This document shows, one piece after another, positions 26,648 through 32,000 of a stretch of DNA of 32,000 nucleotides. The first letter of the stretch is position 1. Each line of letters starts with the position of its first letter. Source of the stretch: Candidatus Lokiarchaeum ossiferum (lineage in GTDB: Archaea; Asgardarchaeota; Lokiarchaeia; Sigyniarchaeales; Promethearchaeaceae); contig CP104013.1 of the NCBI GenBank assembly GCA_025839675.1, positions 480,001-512,000 of the forward strand. The letters run 5' to 3'. The notes below the pieces were generated by a model, which saw nothing but the letters and a program-made list of their open reading frames with translations, searched no databases and was not told the DNA's origin. The position numbers and the translations under genes were made by a program.

Positions 26648-28054
26648 TCATTCTATTTCCTTCAGCATTTCTTCCATACAATCGGGGCAAATACCATGGG
26701 TAAAATTCGCCTCACTGTGCTCCTTGATATAATGTTCTAGCTGAATATAATATCCCTGATCATCCCGAATTTTTTTGCATTGGGCGCAAATCGGCAACAT
26801 CCCCTGCAAGACTTTTTTTTCGGCTTCCATGGTCTTTTGCTTGGTGATATCAATAAAAATATGTTGAAACACGGGAATATCATAATTCACGATCGGATAG
26901 GTGATTTGTTCCACCCATATCACCTCTTTAGCCTTGGTCAAGAACCGAAACTGATAGAAATTCTCCGAACCCACGAGGTGATTTTCTAAGGAAAAATGAG
27001 AGATTACTTTGGGAAGATCGTCAGGATGGATCTGAGCCTTGAGTCGCTCTTCCGTCCATTCGATTAGTTCGCTTTTCCGAAAACCCAAAAGATGTTCCAT
27101 CAAGCGATTCGTACTAATGATTTTACCTTCTTTGATTAAATAGGTGCCTACGATCTCTTCGTTGATCAATCGCTGAAAGTTACGTTTCCCAATTTTACTA
27201 TAGTCTTCATCCACCTTAGGAGACACTTCGAGGGGTTGACGAATACCTAAATTCAGAAAAATGGGAGAAATGATCCAAAAAACATGCCCGAGAGCCGTAA
27301 ACAATGCGGATACTTGAAAATCACTGAATGCAGAGGGGATCAGAGACCGCAAACCACCAAAAATAGCCCAATATAAATTACCCAATCCCATTAATGCTAG
27401 CCCCAGAATAAGATAACGGATATGAGGCTTTAAATGATTTGAAGTCCAAGCATTAGTTTCATGCCGGAGGCTGTAAATAAGAATAGAGACGCTTATTACA
27501 AAAATAAGAATAAAGAGAAAGAGCACACTTCCCCCCAACCAACTAGAGTCGGCGTTTACATGTGGTCCATCGGAAGTGATTTTCACTGTAATCTGATCGA
27601 AGACGATGATCAGTAGGGAAATTATTCCGATAAGCAACCCAACCCATTTTTTATGGAAAAGTTCCGTTGCAGTCGTTTCTCCCAACCAAATCATGAGAGA
27701 AGCATAGAGAAAAGCCCAAAGCATAATCAAAGCACCGGAAAACGCCACATCACGTAAAAAATTAGAAAGAAATAATGAAAAATAGATTGTTGAGTAGCCT
27801 CCGTATTCACCAACTAAGGCAAATTCCATACTCGCAGGGGCCACAAGGAAAATAAAAATATCTAAGGTAATATAAACAAACCACCCGATCATGCCCATGA
27901 GATAGAGACGTTCAACTAACGGACGATCTTTCCACGCATAACCTTTAAATTTCTGAAACCCGAGAATAATGTTGAATATCCACAGAAGGGACTCTATAAC
28001 TTTGGGGATCACCAAAATAAATTGGAGCTGTTCATAATACATAGAAAAAAACAA
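26648..28054 (-). CDS. Membrane sensor: N-terminal ~7TM region, PAS domain and a C-terminal Cys/His (zinc-ribbon-like) tail, with no canonical output domain
   Basis: About 270 aa of repeated hydrophobic helices. The PAS-like core is IISTNRLMEHLLGFRKSELIEW...IHPDDLPKV...FRFLTKAKEVIWVEQITYPI...FIDITKQK. The tail is LPICAQCKKIRDDQGYYIQLEHYIKEHSEANFTHGICPDCMEE. Confidence 0.7.
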   Translation of the reverse strand: MFFSMYYEQLQFILVIPKVIESLLWIFNIILGFQKFKGYAWKDRPLVERLYLMGMIGWFVYITLDIFIFLVAPASMEFALVGEYGGYSTIYFSLFLSNFLRDVAFSGALIMLWAFLYASLMIWLGETTATELFHKKWVGLLIGIISLLIIVFDQITVKITSDGPHVNADSSWLGGSVLFLFILIFVISVSILIYSLRHETNAWTSNHLKPHIRYLILGLALMGLGNLYWAIFGGLRSLIPSAFSDFQVSALFTALGHVFWIISPIFLNLGIRQPLEVSPKVDEDYSKIGKRNFQRLINEEIVGTYLIKEGKIISTNRLMEHLLGFRKSELIEWTEERLKAQIHPDDLPKVISHFSLENHLVGSENFYQFRFLTKAKEVIWVEQITYPIVNYDIPVFQHIFIDITKQKTMEAEKKVLQGMLPICAQCKKIRDDQGYYIQLEHYIKEHSEANFTHGICPDCMEEMLKEIE

Positions 28055-28233
28055 GGAGTCTGCACCTAAAAAAAAATGCTTTCCCGCAATCTTTCAGGCC
28101 AAAAGTTTCAAAAGTTCTCATTTAACAAGGAAGAGAATTTTCATAGCGAGAGGGTAAGGGAAAAATGATGTGAGAAAAAAAGAGGAAGACTGCAAATTCC
28201 CATCGCACCCAACAACAATAAGGAAAAGTGTCT

Positions 28234-30216
28234 CTACTGGAGTCTTTTTTGATAAATCGACAGGAAGATCTGATTTAATTTCGGATGCGCCCGTAAGGCT
28301 TCCAAGGCGACCACTTTCGGCGTCTGATCCATTTCAAAGTACTTTATGAATGCTTGGTAGGGTTTGTGCTTTTTATTATTATGACGATCCAGAGCATGAC
28401 CCGTCACATTGAATTCATTTTCAAAATCCCCTTGAAGCTCAATGTAATGCCCTTTTCCGGCATCAGCCATTTGTTTGATAAAATAATTCTGATCCCTCAT
28501 CGTGGGATCCGTGGAGCTGGCATCGTCATCAATAATGACCACATAGGGGATCTGAAACCCGTTTAACATTTCTTGATATAATTGCATGTTGAACTTCCCA
28601 TTGCAGTCCACATAAGTCGTCGTAGTTCGTTTCACGACCTCATCTGGAAAGAAATAATCGGCCCATTTGGATATCATGATTTTTTCAGTCTCCCCCTCCA
28701 CGAGAACAACGGTATCAGCAAAAAAAAGTTGCGATCGGTGGGGATTCATATAATAACACAGATTGATCTGATTTATTTGATGAAATTTAGCACGTTCTTT
28801 CCCGTGTGTATGAATAATATCCTTCAAGATGAGTTTTCCTTCCTTTTCAAACACAGGTTGCAATGTTTGGGTTTGTAATTGGGACCCAATTTTCTTTTTT
28901 TGAACTTTTACTACCGATTTATAATCGTTGAAATCGATAAAATTGGGGGAATGGGTATTGAGTAAAATTTGGTGATGGTCGATGACGGCAATCTTCATCA
29001 AATAATCACGCATCATGAGCTGATATTGGGGATGTAGAAACAACTCGGGTTCTTCAATGGCAAAGAAAACTGAATTGCACTCCGCTTTAATTGGAACAGG
29101 CTTTCCATCTTTCGTTTGGATGTCGGATTCGACAGTTTCTTGTTGTTTTAACAAAATATCGCCCCAAATTTTAAAGAGAGAGACCATGAAGTACCGTTGC
29201 AAGCCATGACCTTTATCCGCCACATAGGTTTCGACTCCATCATCCATGTAAATTGTAAGGGAATCACGGACGAGTTTATTAATAGAAGGGAGTTCGGTGT
29301 CGAAGCGAATCTTCGATCCGTCAAATTGCTGCAAAGTTTCATTCATATCCTTCGCCAGTTGATTTAATTCAGATCGGCTATCTTCGAGTTGATAAATGTC
29401 CCGCATTATTTTTTGAATCCGTTCATTTTGCTCTTGCTCTTTCTCCCGATCCCGCATTTGATCGAGAATATAATTCATGAGCAAATTAATATTGGTTTTC
29501 CCCTTCGCTTTGTAGGTGGTTTCATCATCAATATCTTGCACCGCGGGGATGAAAAAGTAGGTGCCGAGATTCTTCTGGGGATTAGTCTTGGAGATCTTCA
29601 GGGGTGAAAATATTTTTTTCGTCGGGAGGGTTCGAAGGGTGGGATTCGAGGCAATATAAGCTTGATTAATCACCTTCAGCAAGTCGTTAGATAAGCGTTT
29701 CGATTGACCGGTTGCCGTTCGTTTTTCTAAAAAGGTCGCTAAAAAGGTGCGATATTCCTCAGGAACATTCGGATCGGAGTCAATTTTCGATTTCGAGGTC
29801 AACTCCGGATTTAGCAAAAACCCATAACGTGATTTCGCAGCCGGCGTGGTGAGCTGGATCAGATCTTGAGCATATTCATACTGGACTTCAATCTTTGCCC
29901 CATAGACGAGGGTTTGTTTGAGAGTCAATTGTTCTTTAGGTGTGTTGGGGTATTGAGTTTGCGCTTTGTAGAGCTTCAATTCTTCAGGCGATAGGTCAAT
30001 AAATGTCACCGAAATAGTGGTCGTTGTTTGGCGAGATTTCCCTTCCAGGCGAAAATCTTCGGTTTCTGGCTTTCGCCCAAAAAATACATCCAAAGCCTTC
30101 ATTAAATTCGATTTGCCCGCATTGTTTTTACCCACAAAAACCATATAAGGATATAAATAAAAGGTATCGTCCTTGATAGATCGAAAATTTGTGATTCTAA
30201 CTTTTTGCATCTTCAT
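28234..30216 (-). CDS. OLD-family nuclease (N-terminal ABC/AAA-type ATPase plus C-terminal TOPRIM domain)
   Basis: KVRITNFRSIKD...VFVGKNNAGKSNLMKALD (Walker A), GHGLQRYF, FFAIEEPELFLHPQ (Walker B), LLNTHSPNFI, and TOPRIM motifs FFADTVVLVEGETEKIMI (Glu) and PYVVIIDDD (DxD). Confidence 0.85.
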   Translation of the reverse strand: MKMQKVRITNFRSIKDDTFYLYPYMVFVGKNNAGKSNLMKALDVFFGRKPETEDFRLEGKSRQTTTTISVTFIDLSPEELKLYKAQTQYPNTPKEQLTLKQTLVYGAKIEVQYEYAQDLIQLTTPAAKSRYGFLLNPELTSKSKIDSDPNVPEEYRTFLATFLEKRTATGQSKRLSNDLLKVINQAYIASNPTLRTLPTKKIFSPLKISKTNPQKNLGTYFFIPAVQDIDDETTYKAKGKTNINLLMNYILDQMRDREKEQEQNERIQKIMRDIYQLEDSRSELNQLAKDMNETLQQFDGSKIRFDTELPSINKLVRDSLTIYMDDGVETYVADKGHGLQRYFMVSLFKIWGDILLKQQETVESDIQTKDGKPVPIKAECNSVFFAIEEPELFLHPQYQLMMRDYLMKIAVIDHHQILLNTHSPNFIDFNDYKSVVKVQKKKIGSQLQTQTLQPVFEKEGKLILKDIIHTHGKERAKFHQINQINLCYYMNPHRSQLFFADTVVLVEGETEKIMISKWADYFFPDEVVKRTTTTYVDCNGKFNMQLYQEMLNGFQIPYVVIIDDDASSTDPTMRDQNYFIKQMADAGKGHYIELQGDFENEFNVTGHALDRHNNKKHKPYQAFIKYFEMDQTPKVVALEALRAHPKLNQIFLSIYQKRLQ

Positions 30217-30377
30217 TTTGATTCAAGATCTAGTTGATTAATTGGGACTATAAAGCTTCACTAGTTAGCATTTCCAATTTTGGCACATTTTTAGAAATTT
30301 TGTCAAAATTAGAAGAAGAAAAGAAGGGATTTTGGTATTGAATATGTATCTACATGCACTAGACTCCCAAGAGAAGC

Positions 30378-32000
30378 TTAGAACCACTTGTCTTCAGTGA
30401 TGGGATACATGGACCGCAAGGGATTAAATATCGGATGATCAAGAAAAGCAGTGATATTTTGGGTTAATGTAAGGTCCGTTTTACATTTGGAAAGAAAGGC
30501 CAGAATACGAGACACCACGGATCCCGATTGTGTTGTAAAAGATAAGAGTTGTTGATCCTTTTTATCCGAGGCAACAAAATTCAAGTACATTTTCCACCAC
30601 TCACGAAAATTAATTTTCGGGACACTTTCAAAGGAAAACGAAACAGTCGGAAACTGTGATTTGGTATATTCCCAATAGACCAACGGATAGATCAGCCGTT
30701 GCTGCAGATATTTTCGCTCTTCATGATATTTTTCCCGATAGAGGGCAGTAGAACTTAAAATAATCAGATACTGACAAAAATGGGTTAATACCCCGCTATG
30801 ATGAATTTGAGCCGGCATTGGAAGAAGTGAAATATAGGGATCATCGAGCACCCGTGAGGTTTCGGTGGTTTCACTAAACACCATCTTTTGGAGAAAGAAC
30901 GAAGGTAGGGGAGAATTAAGGAGTGCCATCCATGCAAACAGATGATCTTCATATTCCTTTTTGGGGATAATATTGATCAATTTTTCGGTCGTGAGAAGGT
31001 CTCCCGATGAATCGAGAAAACAGACGAGTCGATTCCCCCGTAACACTTTGAAAATTAAGCGAGGCTGTGTTATTTTGTCGATCTTCCTTTTCAAGGAAAT
31101 TTTTTTGTTCTGCTGACTAGTTTTATCCCGAGTTTCATCGATTGACTTGAACTTCTCAAGGGTAGACGCCAGATCAATGAATTGCACCTTCGAAAGAGCA
31201 TATTTTTTCACATCGGGCACTTTATTTAACCAGAGTGTGTTTCCCGGTTGAAAGGCGGCTTTGATCTTATCAGGAATATACCAGCCCCGAAAGGCTTTTC
31301 CTTGATACATTGTGGTGAACGGAGAGGAATTTTCTGAGATCACCCGAAGCAACTGTTTTTCCCGATCGCTAAAGGGACGGAACAACACGAAATTCCCCTC
31401 TCGCATTAAGGCTTGGTTGCCAGTCCCGAGAAATTTAATCTGTTTGAAATTGGTGCGCTTCTTTAAGGGATACGCCGCGTAAATGTTCACATTATCTGTG
31501 ATTTCGGGAGTCTTTTGGGAAATGAAGGCGATTTGTTCCCCAATCACATCGGCAAAGCCCTGGCCCAAATCCAATAGGAGTTCGATCTTCGAGGCTAGAA
31601 GTAATTGTCTGACCTTGGCCCACGCGTTGTAAAATCCGATGCTTTTTGGCACCACATAACAAATGCGTCCCCCCAGTTTCACCATTTCTAAACTCCGTTG
31701 AATAAAAATGGCCGACGCTTCCCTCCCTTGGGCATAGTTTCGTGTCTTACAGATTTTTTTTTCAGCGAGGGAAAGAATGTTTCCATAGGGCGGATTTCCG
31801 ATCACCACATCAAAGCCGGCATTTTTTTGTGCTCCGGGTAAGAGATCGAGTAAGGTGTCGGTGATCGAATTTCCCTGCCGAAGATGATGGACCATGGAAG
31901 GCAAAAGATCCTGGAACTTTGGTGCCACCTTCATCTCTGCAACCAAGGACAAAGCGAACCGAAGCTTCACAATTTCAATCGCGTCTTGCTCAATATCCAC
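30378..32000 (-). CDS. N6-adenine DNA methyltransferase of the Eco57I/TaqI (type IIG-like) family, N-terminus beyond the window edge
   Basis: The ORF is open to nt 32000. Motif IV is DVVIGNPPYGN, preceded by DIEQDAIEIVKLRFALSL. A C-terminal region of about 460 aa is consistent with a TaqI-like target-recognition region. SAM-binding motif I and any nuclease domain would lie outside the window. Confidence 0.75.
   Translation of the reverse strand: MDIEQDAIEIVKLRFALSLVAEMKVAPKFQDLLPSMVHHLRQGNSITDTLLDLLPGAQKNAGFDVVIGNPPYGNILSLAEKKICKTRNYAQGREASAIFIQRSLEMVKLGGRICYVVPKSIGFYNAWAKVRQLLLASKIELLLDLGQGFADVIGEQIAFISQKTPEITDNVNIYAAYPLKKRTNFKQIKFLGTGNQALMREGNFVLFRPFSDREKQLLRVISENSSPFTTMYQGKAFRGWYIPDKIKAAFQPGNTLWLNKVPDVKKYALSKVQFIDLASTLEKFKSIDETRDKTSQQNKKISLKRKIDKITQPRLIFKVLRGNRLVCFLDSSGDLLTTEKLINIIPKKEYEDHLFAWMALLNSPLPSFFLQKMVFSETTETSRVLDDPYISLLPMPAQIHHSGVLTHFCQYLIILSSTALYREKYHEERKYLQQRLIYPLVYWEYTKSQFPTVSFSFESVPKINFREWWKMYLNFVASDKKDQQLLSFTTQSGSVVSRILAFLSKCKTDLTLTQNITAFLDHPIFNPLRSMYPITEDKWF

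Noticed and set aside
25713-29607. ORFs 25713-25907(-), 25984-26178(+), 26780-26989(+), 28354-28566(+), 28582-28878(+), 29148-29342(-) and 29389-29607(+)
   Set aside because: These are alternative-frame or antisense overlaps of the ArdC-like, PAS-sensor and OLD genes.
28234-30216. Calling the OLD nuclease Gabija GajA
   Set aside because: Gabija requires an adjacent UvrD-like helicase (GajB). The downstream gene here is a 7TM-PAS protein and the upstream one is a methyltransferase.
1-32000. Search for CRISPR arrays, tRNA/rRNA genes, IS elements, integrases and long direct or inverted repeats marking island boundaries
   Set aside because: Reading both strands by eye found none. Intergenic spacers contain only short A/T runs and 5-8 bp palindromes. 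A computational repeat search could still reveal att-like repeats that I cannot detect manually.

Overview
This is a gene-dense, AT-rich prokaryotic window. Hand-counted 60-nt lines range from 13/60 to 31/60 G+C. I support about 26 protein-coding genes and found no rRNA, tRNA, CRISPR array, transposase or integrase. An archaeal, possibly Asgard-like, origin is plausible but unproven. The hints are oligo-T tracts directly after stop codons, sequon-rich surface proteins with C-terminal TM anchors, TrmB/wHTH regulators and a 7TM-PAS sensor. Left part (1-23 kb): a giant 5'-truncated S8 subtilase-like surface protein with a degenerate catalytic triad; a wHTH plus membrane-protein pair; a tightly coupled CotH-kinase(+2 lamin-tail domains)/VTC/DUF4956 operon; a membrane-tethered HTH/zinc-ribbon protein; a split HNH-like protein; an Hcp-family protein with a signal peptide next to a secreted anchored protein; a transglutaminase-like protein; a SWIM-TIR fusion; an IlvB-like TPP enzyme; msrA; and a TrmB-like protein interrupted by about 800 aa of helical repeats. 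Right part (23.1-32 kb): nine co-directional minus-strand genes that are visibly more GC-rich. They are queD/queC/queE (preQ0 pathway), a small GC-rich ORF overlapping the stop of an ArdC-like antirestriction gene, a 7TM-PAS sensor with a Cys/His tail, an OLD-family ATPase-TOPRIM nuclease, and an Eco57I/TaqI-type N6-adenine methyltransferase that runs off the window. The best candidates for something undescribed are the methyltransferase/OLD/7TM-PAS/ArdC/queECD block (a defence plus anti-defence island, possibly with 7-deazaguanine DNA modification), the orphan SWIM-TIR protein, the signal-peptide Hcp cassette, and the CotH-VTC-DUF4956 operon. All family calls come from motif recognition by eye; no searches were run.
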